Part shown: positions 39,673 to 51,130 of the stretch, piece by piece
How the letters are laid out: each line of letters opens with the position of its first letter
Numbering within the stretch: position 1 is the first letter of the stretch
DNA from: Camelus dromedarius
Lineage: Eukaryota
Length of the DNA: 64,000 bases
Assembly (NCBI RefSeq): GCF_036321535.1
Contig: NC_087438.1
Span: 10,232,001-10,296,000, forward strand
Direction: 5' to 3'
Program-made: the position numbers and the translations under genes
Notes under the pieces: generated by a model
Databases searched by the model: none
What the model was told of the DNA's origin: nothing
The model's input: only the letters and a program-made list of their open reading frames with translations

Positions 39673-41059
39673 CAGTGTCTCCCAAGCCACCTGTAATATA
39701 CGAGGGAGGTGTTAGGAAAACGAACAACTAGCGGAAAAACACATTTCTGCTTTTGTGCATATCATGCATTTTAGACACGTGTTTGTTTCTCCTGGTGGAT
39801 GTTAAGTTACTTGAAGACTGGAACCCTGTCTCACTTATCTTTGTCCTCTGCCTCCCAGACTTAGCCTACAGTCAGCTTGTAGAACAAATGATGTCTATTT
39901 CTAGCACATCATTCTGAGATTTCATGATAGAGGACGTAGCTCCATTTTCAAATATAGCAAAAGCATGATTATTTTCATCCATTCATACTCCGACTTCATT
40001 CTCAAAATTAGGTCCCAAGTTAATTGATAATTACCTTTGAAATGTGTGGGTTAGTTGAGGCAACCAGGTGGTGACATTGAATTCTCAGCCAGAGTTTATT
40101 TCTGGAGTTGATTCAGTGACCTTGAGCTGGTTTTTGTTCACTTGATGCCCAGAAGCCATGGTTTCCCAGGAAAGATCATTCTCATTTGAATCCAGCTGTG
40201 ATTCTTGCTGGGTTAAGTAAAGAAGCCTTTTGGTTCTGCTTCTGCAAACTTACACACTGAACTGGGACAAGTTTTTGTTTGGGGTAGTGCCTGGGAAAAG
40301 AGGAACCTTTCATTTTATTCAGACGTCCAAAAGAAAGGCCTCCAACCACCTGGAGATTTTTGGGTCCCAGCATCCCAAGCTGGCTTCATTTTCATGCCTA
40401 ATGGTCAGGCAGGCAGAGCTCCTTCTCTCCACTCTGGCCGGTGCCCGGCCCTCCCCGGAGAGGCAGAGCCAGAGCCAGGGGCCCTTGCCTGGTGGCCATG
40501 GGGGGTCACCGCTCCTTGAGTGTGCAGCTTTCCCCGCTGCCTCCCCTGCTGTCCTCGCTGAGTTTGAAAACGATACAGTGCATTCTCCACCAGCCACTGC
40601 TTCAAGGGCCCAGATCCCTTTCCTCTCCTTTCCCTGTGAAGAAGCAACCAGGTACCTGGTGGTTAATTCAGGAAAATTGACTTCAGGTGCCCCGTGCCCC
40701 TGATGGGGACCCGCTGCCCTCTGAGGGACTTTGTAACCACCTGTGGTTGCAGCGCAGACCCATTCACGACGCCTGGCTTTGCAGACAAGGCCTCTTTCCG
40801 TTCTGCACGGCGTGGCTCTCTGCAGGGCGTGGATGTAGTCCTTCTCTGAGTGATCCCAGCCTCTCCAGCACTGGGTTCCTCCACATCCCTTTTGTCTCCT
40901 GTGTAGAGGTCTCTCAAGTTTGGTTCCCAACTTTCCTGCCTTTAATTTTGACCTTCTCAGCAGTGTTTTTGCTGATGACCCATCTCTCTCCATTCTCTAA
41001 AATGGTCAGCTTTTTTGTTCATTCCTGTATATGTGTGATGCCTTTAAACGTATTTCCCA

Positions 41060-41870
41060 GCTTCTTTTTTTTTTTTAACTTTTTATTTTGAAATAGCTAT
41101 AATCATAGAAAGTGGGGGAAAAAAATAAACGAGGAGGTCCCTGCATCCTGCTCCCAGCCTCCCCCAGCGGTCACATCTCGCATGACCACAGTGCACTGTC
41201 AAAGCAGAAAAGTGACTTTGCTACACTCCCCAGAGCTTGTTCTGGTTTCCCCAGGTGTGCTTGCACTCGTGTGTGTGCGTGTGCACATGTGTGTGCTTAG
41301 TTTCATGCGGATTTACCGTGTGTAGATTCCTATAACCCCTACCACGTGCAGAGTCGTGTAAGATCACCCATCACCAGCGGGCTCCCTCCTGCCGCCTCCT
41401 TCTCTGTGCTCCGTCCCTACCCCATCTCTAACCCCTGGCACCCTGGCAACCCCTCGTCTGTTGTTCTCCATCTTTGTAATTTTATTTCACAAATGTTACA
41501 TAAATGGAATCATATAATATGTACCTTTTTGAGACTGGCTTTTTCTACTCAGCAAAATTCTCTCGAGACCCACCCCTGTTGTTGCTTCATTTCTGAGTTG
41601 TGCTTCATGGAGTGGATATGTCATGCTTTCCTGAACCATTTACCCTTTAAAGGACACCTGGGATATTTTTAAGTTTTGGCTGTTGCAGAAGAGAAGCTGT
41701 GGACCTTCATGTACAGGTTTTTGCAGGAAACTTAGGGTTTCATGTCTCTGGGATAAATGCCCAGAAGGTCAATTGCTAGGTCTTTTGGCAAATGCTTACT
41801 GTTCTGAAAGAAACGGTCAAACGTTTCCAGAAAGGCTGTAGCATTTTACATTTCCACAAGCAACGATGAG
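41060..41870 (-). mobile_element. Old L1 (L1MD/L1MC-like) 3' end
   Basis: T-tail, cccctggcaaccc...ataaatggaatcatataatatgtacctttt...ggacacctgggatattttt...gcattttacatttccac. Confidence 0.75.
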
Positions 41871-42334
41871 TGATCTCTAGCTTTTTAAAATCTCAGAAGT
41901 TCAGGATTGCTTTGATATGTTTGTCAGTGAGAAAGGTTAAGATCAAATGCATAATATTTGGGGATGTAAGGTTTACCTTATATAATCAAATCTCAGTTTT
42001 TATGTTTAACATTCAATTCTTTGGTTGAACTCTCTGAAAACACTCTTAAATGTTTGATTTCTTTAGTTTATTATCTGGTATAGATACAAATGAGCAATTA
42101 AGTGGCCGAAAGCAAGAGGAAACTAAGGACCTAGAGCCATCTACTACATCATTGGCCCCTGCAAGACTGAGCATTAGATTTGACTTAGGACATTCTGCTG
42201 GTTTAGCAACTTTGCCTTCACATAGATTGTGGTATCCGGTTGTTTTTATTTTTAAACTGATGGTCTTCCTGTAGGTGGAAATATAAAAAAAAAAAACTAT
42301 AATCAATTATATTTTCTTTCTGTAGAAATGGAAT

Positions 42335-43300
42335 TTTTTCTAACAATAAATTGAAGTATGGTTGATGTACAGTATTATGTTACAGGAATACAATATAGTG
42401 ATTCACAATTTTTAAAGGTTCTACTCCATGTATAGTTATTATAATATATTGGCTCCATTCCCCATGTTGTACAGCACATCCTTGCAGCTTATTTTATACC
42501 TGATAGTTTGTACCTCTTAATCCTCCACTTCCACCTTGCCCCTCCCTCTTCCCCTCCCCAATGGCAACTACTAGTTCCTTCTCTACATGTGAGTCTGTTT
42601 CTTTCCTGTTATATTCACTAGTTTGTTGTATTTTTTTAGATTCCACATGTTAGTTATATCTTAGAGTATTTGTCTTTGTCTGACTTATTTCACTTAGCAT
42701 AATGCCTCTGAGTCCATCCATGCCATACACCAGAAACTAATACAACATTTTAAATCAACTGTACTTCAGTTAAAAAGCAAAGAAACAGCCCATTTAAAAT
42801 ATGGGCAGAAGAACTGAACAGACATTTTTCCAAAAGAGGAAATGCAGATGGCCAACAGGAACAAGAAAAGCTGCTCAACATCACTGATATCAGGGAAATG
42901 CAAGTCAAAACCATGCCTGTCAGAATAGCCATCATCAAAAAGAACACAACAAATGTTGGCAAGGATGTGGAGGAAGGGGAACCCTTGTACACTGTTGGTG
43001 GGAATGTAAATTGGTGCAGCCACCATGGAAAACAATACGGAGGTTTCTCAAAAACCCCTAAACAGAACCACCATATGGCCCAGCAGTTCCATTCCTGGGC
43101 ATACGTCCAAGAAAAACAAAAACATTAATTCAAAAAGATACATACACCTTGCTATTAACAGCAGCATTTTTTATAATTGCCAACATATGGAAGCATCCTA
43201 AGTGCACATCAATAGGTGAATGGATAAAGAAGATGTAGCACATATATGCAGTGGAATACAACTCACCCATAAAAAAGAAGGCTATTTTACCATTTGTGGC
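42335..43300 (-). mobile_element. L1 with 5' inversion: antisense 3' UTR (42335-~42722) joined to + strand ORF2 C-terminal segment (~42776-43300)
   Basis: ORF 42898..43128 (VRIAIIKK...[19 protein letters not shown]) resembles the L1 ORF2 C-terminus; the adjacent segment is an antisense L1 3' UTR. Confidence 0.8.
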
Positions 43301-43374
43301 CCTTTAGTCACTGTTTAGTTTGTTTTGTTTTTTGCACTTCAAAAACCAGAATTTTGTAACTGGCATAAATATTT

Positions 43375-43675
43375 CCATTACATCAAAAACAACAAAATAC
43401 CTAGAAATAAACCTAATCTAGGAGGTTACCGACCCTCTGAAAACTGTAAAACATTAATGAAGGAAATTGAATATGATACACAGAAATGGAAAGATATCTT
43501 GTGCTCTTGGATTGGAAGAATCAACATTATCAAAATGGTCATACTAACCAAAGCAGTCTGCAGATCCAGTGCAACCCCCATCAAAATACCGACTACATTT
43601 TTCACAGAGCTAGAATAAACAATTCCAAAATTTATATGGAACCATAGAAGAACCCAAATTGCCAAAGCAGTCTTT
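43375..43675 (+). mobile_element. L1 ORF2 fragment
   Basis: ORF 43325..43618 contains [36 protein letters not shown]...[13 protein letters not shown], characteristic of L1 ORF2. Confidence 0.9.
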
Positions 43676-43689
43676 TGCAGGTCTTTTTT

Positions 43690-43887
43690 TTCCTCTGTCT
43701 TCTTTTTGTTCTCTTTTCTTGTGGTTTAATGGCTAGAGAAGTTCCTTTAATGTTTGTTTTAAAGCTGGTTTGGTGGTGCTGAATTCTTACAGCTTTTGTT
43801 TACCTATGAAGCTTTTGATTTCTCCAAATCTGAATGAGAGCCTTGCTGGATAGGGTATTCTTGGTTGTAAGTTCTTCCCTTTCAATA
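43690..43887 (-). mobile_element. L1 ORF1 fragment (antisense)
   Basis: aaagctggtttggtggtgctgaattc...cttgctggatagggtattcttggttgtaag matches the reverse of the L1 ORF1 3' part. Confidence 0.7.
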
Positions 43888-44214
43888 GAATCTTTATTAA
43901 AATAATTAAGAAAGTATATTACAGTGTAACACATTTCCTGACTTGACCAACTGAGTGGTCCAGGGCGGGCTGTTCTGCGTGCCTCAGCTTTCTCACTACA
44001 GAATGGGACTAACAGCACCTTGGAGGGTTACGGACCAATTGAGTGAAATTACACACTCACCATCCTAGCTGCCAATAAATCTTCCTTTTTTTCCTCCTGG
44101 CCCGTATCATAATGTACTCAACAAATAAAACAGATTTAAATATAATACACAGAAGTATAAATACCTCGGTATAAATACTTGGGTACAATCCTCATACCTT
44201 CCTTACTCATCTTT

Positions 44215-44338
44215 TTTTAGGAAAAGGAGGTAATTAGGTTTACTTATTTATTTATTTTTAACAAAGGTACTGGGGATTGAACCCATGACCTCGTGCATGC
44301 TAAGCATGCTCTCTGCCGCTGACCTATACCCTCACCCC
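44215..44338 (-). mobile_element. tRNA-derived SINE resembling camelid Vic-1, with ~20-bp TSD
   Basis: Reverse strand reads ggggtgagggtataggtcagcggcagagagcatgcttagcatgcacgaggtcatgggttcaatccccagtacc...aaataaataaataagtaaacctaattacc, with tRNA-like A and B boxes; TSD taccttccttactcatcttt at 44195-44214 and 44339-44358. Confidence 0.85.
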
Positions 44339-44813
44339 TACCTTCCTTACTCATCTTTGAGCAACAGGAAATGTGTCATCTACTTCTGTTGCCCCTTCTC
44401 AGAGTAAGCACCTCACTCTGACCCATAAGGTCACAGTCAGAGCCTTTCTGAGATAAGCACAGCTCCAGCTCTGTCTCCAGCTCCAGTCCTTAGGGCGGAA
44501 TAGGTGTTGTAAAGAATCTTTACTCCTGGCCCTGTCCACACTGGCATAAGTTACATTGTGCACGTCACTGACTACTTTTGTTCCCGGCCAAAGCTGCAAA
44601 ATAAATGAATGATTTTTTCCACCAAGTAAATATGTGTGAAACATTTGGGTTGGCCAGTGGGCAGAGGGATGTTATTATCTAAAAAGAAAATCCTACCACA
44701 GTTTAGTTTAATTCATGTAAAACATTAATTTTTTTCTAGAGAATGATTTAAAACTGGTTTAAATTCATGCAGTTTGTTTCTTCACGTTGACCCAATATTT
44801 TCAGGTAGAGAAA

Positions 44814-45225
44814 TTTTTAAAATATTTTTTTATTGAAGTGTATAATTAAATTACAATGTTAGTTTCTGGTGTACAGGAAAGTGATTTAGTGTTATAAATA
44901 TACACATACATACACACACACACGTATTCACATACATACATATATTTTTTCAGTTTCTTTTCCATTATGGCTCATTATAAGATACTGATATAGTTCTCTG
45001 TGCTGTACAGTAGGTCCTTGTTTATCTATTTTATATATAGTAGTGTGTGTCTGTTAATCCCAAACTCCTAATTTATTCCTCCCCTCCTTTCCCCTTTGGT
45101 AGCCATAGTTTGTTTTCTATATCCATGAATCTATTTTCTAGTTTATACATAAAATGTGTATTTTTTTTTCAGATTCCACATATAAGTGACATCATATAAT
45201 ATTTGTCTTTCTCTCTCTGACTCAA
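44814..45225 (-). mobile_element. 5'-truncated L1 3' end with 12-bp TSD
   Basis: Similar to the 11838-12423 copy; TSD caggtagagaaa at 44802-44813 and 45226-45237. Confidence 0.88.
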
Positions 45226-46029
45226 CAGGTAGAGAAAAAATTTATGTCAATAGAGAAATTAGAAATTAGTGTAGAAAACTGTAGGGAACTCTAATATACC
45301 CGACACGGAGTAGTCACTTAGTAGATGATTATTATATGAATGAATTATAATGTACTATCTTATCTGTATTTGTAACTCAGTATTACAGCAGGCCTTGAAC
45401 ATACATCCCTGAGCACTGACTCCAGATTTTATCATTTCTTATTGAAGAGTCACTTCTAAATGGAGTGTCGCAAGGTCCACTTTAATTAGTTGTTCAGAGA
45501 CTGACCTCAGTTAAGGTAACCAAGAGGTGAGGTAATACTACGGAAGTTCAGGGAATGCAACATTATAGGGCTTAAAATGCGCTGCTGGAAATGACCGTGT
45601 ATGCAATCCTGTGTACTGGTTAGACTTGTTTTAGAGCGTGTTTTTAATATTCTTATTTTCTTATGTTGGCGCTCGGCTTCATAAACTAAAGGTGGGAAGG
45701 CTTCGGTTAATTGAGAGAAGACGTAAACTATCCATGTGCGTTTCTGTCCTCTGTTGCTTATTGCTGATTACTGTTACTGAAAAAGCGGTGGAAACATTGG
45801 TCACCAGCAGTGTTTTGTCAGAGGAGTTGAAAGCGGTGGGTTAGGTAGGCCCGCACAGACTGAAAGGCTCTTTTGGTTTTATTGCTTGTTTCCTGTTCCT
45901 TTTCTTTGAAGCACAAACTTCAGAACCACAGGATCAAGGACGCTTGTGCTTGCAGCTTGGGACCAGTGATGCTGATGGACACAAGTTAATGACCAAATAG
46001 ATGACGATTTTATGAGAATGAACTTACTT

Positions 46030-47700
46030 CTTTTAAATGAGTTTAAGTCTCTATCCCAAGACAAATTAGATCCTTGGGTTGTGAAAGAACTTGATAATTA
46101 GATCACCAAACTTGGTCTGTTGATCTCTGAGAAACTGTGGGAAAAGGAAGAGATGCCTGAAGGCTGAGAATGCACTTGTGTGTTTTTAAGGAGGTAGATT
46201 TCACATACTATTCAGGTCGAGGTCAGGCCTAAGCAGAGTTCTAGAAAAGATAGTCTGTAACTGCCAGGAAAGGAAGATGCAAATGAACGAGTTCTGCCAG
46301 GTGAACTTTGTTTCATTCTTTACCAGGTTTCTGACTTGAGGAAGAGTATGCAGTGAAATTAGTGAGCATTTGACCAGCAGTTGACTTTTAATTTGTACAC
46401 AAGACAGAAACATGGGAGCCGAATGGCTGTGGAAAAGAATCAGCTGAGGGTGTCATTTAACACAGACCAAGGCTGTCTTTATCCCCCATACTGATCTCTG
46501 AGTGGACCCTGCCAGGAGGAAAGTGTGACAGTAAGACGTTACTCACACCCAGCACGTGAATAGGGAAGTAGTCTCCAGCCCAGACCCACAATCAGACTGG
46601 CTTGCTGATGAAGGTGGTGATGGGAGGTGGTAGACCAAGTCCTCTTAGGTGGCCCTGAGGCTGGGCAGCAGATGGTTTTAATCCCTGGTTTCACCTTCTG
46701 TGGGGGAGCAGCCTGTGCTGTCGCCGCTGTGAATAGTTATTACAACCTCTTTAGAACTTTTAGGTCCCTGTGGAATATCTGGAGAGATTTTTGCATCCAG
46801 ATTCAGGCACCCTGAAAACTTATCTTTGTTGTGTTGAGAGCCATTTATCTTGAAAATGGGCAAATTGCCACAAAGCCAGGACAGACGTGGTGCTGAAGCA
46901 GAAATCATTGTGGCTGCACTAAAATCCTTGCAGGTGAGACTTTGGCCGGGGCAGGGGGTTGGTTATTAGATGACATGAGCAGGGCTTGAAGATGCTTCTG
47001 CTGTAGACCTCTGTCCCCTGCACCAAGCCTGGGAGTGGGTGGACTGGCACGGAGGGCAAGCTTATCAAAGTCTAGACCAGGGACTGCCAAGTATGTTGGA
47101 TAATAAAATAGGATTCTAAAAGATCCCAGCAAGAATAATTCCAAATCTGTCACAGAAATTTCACCTGTGGGTTTTAATATATGAGTCTGTTTTGAATCAG
47201 AAGTAGGCAGGTTACAGAGTAAGGGCCACATAGGTGGCAACATCGTGTGTTAAAAAATGTTCATACATGTATTCATTGGCCGTGTCCACAGTAATTCCTG
47301 TCCCATTGGCTGTAAAAGCAGTGTCATAACTACGGGGACAGTCATCTTTCCTGCTCGCTGCTGCTTGGATCACGTGTGTTGCTGCCTTCAGTGCTCCAGC
47401 CCCTAGATTGAGAGGGCGGAGTGTTCAGAGGAGAGAGACCTGGTGCTGATGCAACTGGTAGAGTTCAAGGAATAAAGTCTTGGGAAAGGAAGGGCAGACT
47501 CCAGGAGCGGGCACTGTCTCCAGAGACTTGAAGGGTTAAAGAGGAATCACACTTTGACCAACTGCTGACGTTTTTTCGGGGAGACTGGGTTGCTCTCAGA
47601 ATGACCTGGAGTGGGGAGGAGATTTTCTCCAACTTGACACATCAGGGAGCATCAGCTGCTGAAGTGAGGGTGTCTTACCCATTGGGGATGTTGCGGAATA
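46030..47700 (+). mobile_element. Ancient L3/CR1 LINE remnant, fragmented
   Basis: ccttgggttgtgaaagaacttg...gagaaactgtgggaaaaggaagagatgcctgaaggctg and ggagtgttcagaggagagagacc resemble CR1 RT-region sequence. Confidence 0.5.
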
Positions 47701-49052
47701 AAAAGAAAATTAAAAATTCTTCATCTCAGAATCTGTTTTTAGCAAATTAGACTTGATGTAAATATCTGGGTAGTTGAGGTTCCAGCACTGACCTTGATCT
47801 CTGTGTCCGCCCTGGGTCCTGGCTTCCACCCTCCAGTGCCCGATGTCCACGTGGTATCCCTCCCTAGCACGCTGGCCTGACACGCTCCTGGTTTCTTCTC
47901 CTTTTCTCTCTTCTCTTACACATGTTGCCTTGGTTTTACTTCATGATACTGACTTTGATTTGCCTTCTGCCTGCCTCCCTCACATCCTTCATACATTTCT
48001 TTTCATCATATTAAGATATATTTTTGTCACCCCCCCCCCAAAGAATAACCCAGTACTCCTGAAACCCTTACTCCCACTCAGGTGACAGGCGCAGTTGGCC
48101 ATTTCAGGCTGCAGAGCTGCTGTTCACGGCTGGACCAGTTCCTCTGTGATCCGTGCTTCCTCTCCCTGAAACCAAACCACGCGTTCTCTGCGTAGCGGGT
48201 GCCCTCTGAAATTCTGCCTGTGAGTCGCCCTGAAACCACCTACTTCTGCTCCGGCTGTTACACTTCCCACGCTGGTCCTTCAGCTCACCCATCCCCTTTG
48301 GTACTGAATGATTGTCTTGGTCAAAAGCAGAGGGTAGGGAAGCAGGTGCCAGTGGAAGTGGCTTCTGTTGATGAAGTGCTCATGGGACTCGAGCACTTCC
48401 GCACGTCTCTGGTCATTTCACTCAGTTCTCAACTGGCTCTGCCTGTTAGGGAAGATGTACATGGGCAAATGACTCCATGTCATAGATGAGAAAACTGAAG
48501 GTAGAGAATGCCAAGGACTTTCCCCAGGTCACATGGGGACAAGGGCCCTCGTCTGGTGTGTTGTGCTCCCACCTCCAGAGGGACCAGGCTTGTGGCTTGT
48601 GTTCAGACTGTGCATCTGAGAGAGGCTGCAGCCAGAGCAGACCCCAGAGCTCGGGGCTCCGATCCAGCCACCCACTGAGTCAGCTGGAAGTTGAGTCCTT
48701 CCCCGGGATCCCCCACCCCCGCGAGTTCCTCTCAGAGCCCTCTCTAGTGAGGAAGGGGCTTTTTCAGGGGCTTTCTCCCAGCAGAACTTCAGTTCCTTCT
48801 TTGGGCTCCACTCAGCACAGGGGTGTGGGGCAGGGGCTGGGTTGGGGGTGCGCCTAGATCAGACCCAGCCGGATGCTGGATCCGAGACCAGCCTCTCCCG
48901 CATCTTTATCACAGGACTTTTCTCCCCGCAACCCCACGTGTCTTCCTAGCCCAGCCTTCTCTGTGGATCTTTGTGTGTGGGTAAGTCTGTGTATACCTGC
49001 ACCCGATTCTGGGCTGAGTCCAAGTTCTGAGTGCTCCTGGCCACAGCTCACA

Positions 49053-49071
49053 TGGCCTCTAGGGGGCAGTG
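49053..49071 (+). promoter_or_regulatory. CTCF-like motif
   Basis: tggcctctagggggcagtg; motif match only. Confidence 0.5.
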
Positions 49072-49994
49072 TAGCCTAACTTTGGCTGTGGGCATGATTC
49101 TCCTAGAAGCAGATTCCATGCTGCTGAGAACATGGATAGAATGCAACTCCCCTCTTGCTGTCGGGCAAAAATTTATCTTTTTATTGTAAATTAATGGCAT
49201 GCACAAAGTTCAATCTTTTCACCCTTAGGAAGTCGATGATAAAAGTATCACAGATGTCCTAGAGACTTTTTCTCATTTATTTATTCAAAGATTATTTTAG
49301 GCAGCATATGTACTACTTTAAAGGCTTAAAAATAGGTTTTGTGTGAATCGTACTGCGTTATGATATGCCTCAGTTCATCGTCAGTTGACTTTAGAAATGG
49401 CCTTTCTCTGACACGTTCCTTTCCAAATTAAATGAGAATATTTCCTGTAGGACCAGACAGGAATTTTAAAGGGGCAGAGGAACTTTGGGCATTTGAATCA
49501 TGGGTTTAAATGTAGCCTTGCTCCATCTACCGCGGTTATTTTTCCCTTTTCAACTCTGTGAACCCCGGATCCATCCCTGTGGCCTCCTCTACAGCTCAGC
49601 CCCTTGCTGGTTCCGCAGCTGGCCGGGCGGTGTGCACCCTCCAGCGTGGATGTGTTTGGAGATGTCCAGGGTGTTGAGGGAATAAGTTGGTTCTTTCAAA
49701 GCTTACCAGGAGAAAAGAACAGGGTCTGAACCATAAATACTCATGGCCCTTCCCAGAATGAAGTGGAGTTGAGTTCTGTAGAATCTAATGGACTAGTTTC
49801 AGCACCTTTTCCTCATACTACACTATTTTCTAGGTGTAAAAAGACTTAAAGGTGGGATAATGTTAAGTTTACCAGACCAAGTGACATATTTTGAACAACT
49901 GGGAGGAACCTGGACGTTTGAAAAATATCCAGAGAAGGAACACTTTTAAAACTTTGTGATTCTTACTAGAATTTTACAAGAACAAAACTATTCT

Positions 49995-50216
49995 AGTGGC
50001 TAACGTTTACTTATTTCTTTACTCTGTGTGTATCGTCTTGTTTAGTCTTCTCAGCAGCTCTCTACAGTAGGCATTATTATCATGCCCATTTTACAGATGA
50101 GAACACTGAGACATGGACCCCAGTAAATAAGTTGCCCAGGATCACACCCTAGGAAATGTTAAGTCAGGATTTGAACTCAAGCAATCTGGCTTCAGAACCC
50201 ATGCTCATAATCATTG
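49995..50216 (-). mobile_element. MIR SINE
   Basis: attattatcatgcccattttacagatgagaacactgagac...gttgcccaggatcacac...ggatttgaactcaagcaatctggcttcagaacc. Confidence 0.85.
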
Positions 50217-50264
50217 TCCCATATTACCTCTTATGAGAAGTATTTTGTTTTAATTATTTATCGA

Positions 50265-50728
50265 GATATTTTTTGTTGAGGTGTAATTGACACATTATGT
50301 TGGTTTCAGGTATATTGCATAATGATTCAATATCTGTATATATGGTGAAACGATCACCACAGTAAGTCTAGTGAACACTCATCGCCCCACATGTAGTTAC
50401 AAATTTTTTGGTTGTGATGCAGCTTTGAACATCTACTCTCTTAGCAACTTTCACATATGAAATATGACAACGTGGCTGGACCTGGAGGGCATTATGTTAA
50501 GTGAAATAAATGTCAGACAGAGAAAGACAAATACTGAATACCCTCACTTAAATGTGGAATCTGAAAAAACGAAACAAACAAAAAACCGAACTCATGGATA
50601 AGGAGAACAGGTTGGTGGTTGCCAGGGTGGGGCTTGGGGGTGGGGGTAAAGGGGGTCTAATGGTCCAAACGTCCAATTATAAAATGGGTAAGTCCTGGGC
50701 TGTAATGCACAGCATGGTGTGCATAGTC
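50265..50728 (-). mobile_element. L1MA-like 3' end with inverted upstream segment (~50465-50728 on +)
   Basis: Antisense ttgaggtgtaattgacac...ttagcaactttc followed by sense ggacctggagggcattatgttaagtgaaataa...cagcatggtg. Confidence 0.75.
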
Positions 50729-50812
50729 AGGGAGCATCTGCTATTGCCATAAAGATGGGTAAAAAGCACACCTGTCCCCTGTGCCTCGGGCCACTTCCAA
50801 GAGTCAGGTTTT

Positions 50813-51130
50813 GTTGTTTTTGTTTTTATTGAGGTAACATTGATTTATAACATTATATGAATGTCATGTGTACAACGTAGTATTTCTCCTTCTGTGTCCC
50901 CTACGCAGATGTAATTTCCATCCATCACTGCATGGCTGACCCCCTTTACCCTTTTCTCCCTCCTAGCCCCTAGCCCCTGCCCTATAACTGCTGCTCTATT
51001 CCCTGAATCTGCGTGTTCCTGTTTGGTTTGGCTTCTTCTTCTATTTTGTTTTTTTGTTTGTTTATTCGTTGTTGTTTTTTTTTTTTCACATATAAGTGAA
51101 ATCAGATGGCATTTGTCTTTCTCTGTCCTA
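50813..51130 (-). mobile_element. L1 3'-end fragment
   Basis: ttttattgaggtaacattgatttataac...tcacatataagtgaaatcagatggcatttgtctttctctg; degenerate TSD ccaagagtcaggtttt / ccaaagaatcagtttc. Confidence 0.75.

Noticed and set aside
40230..41091. ORFs of 134-224 aa in intron D-E
   Set aside because: GC-rich sequence with no recognisable domain or coherent splice structure; expected by chance.
42898..43618. ORFs resembling real protein
   Set aside because: These are broken L1 ORF2 fragments, not a host gene.
44260..44338. tRNA-like sequence on the - strand
   Set aside because: It is the head of a SINE, with an AT-rich tail and TSD; not a tRNA gene.
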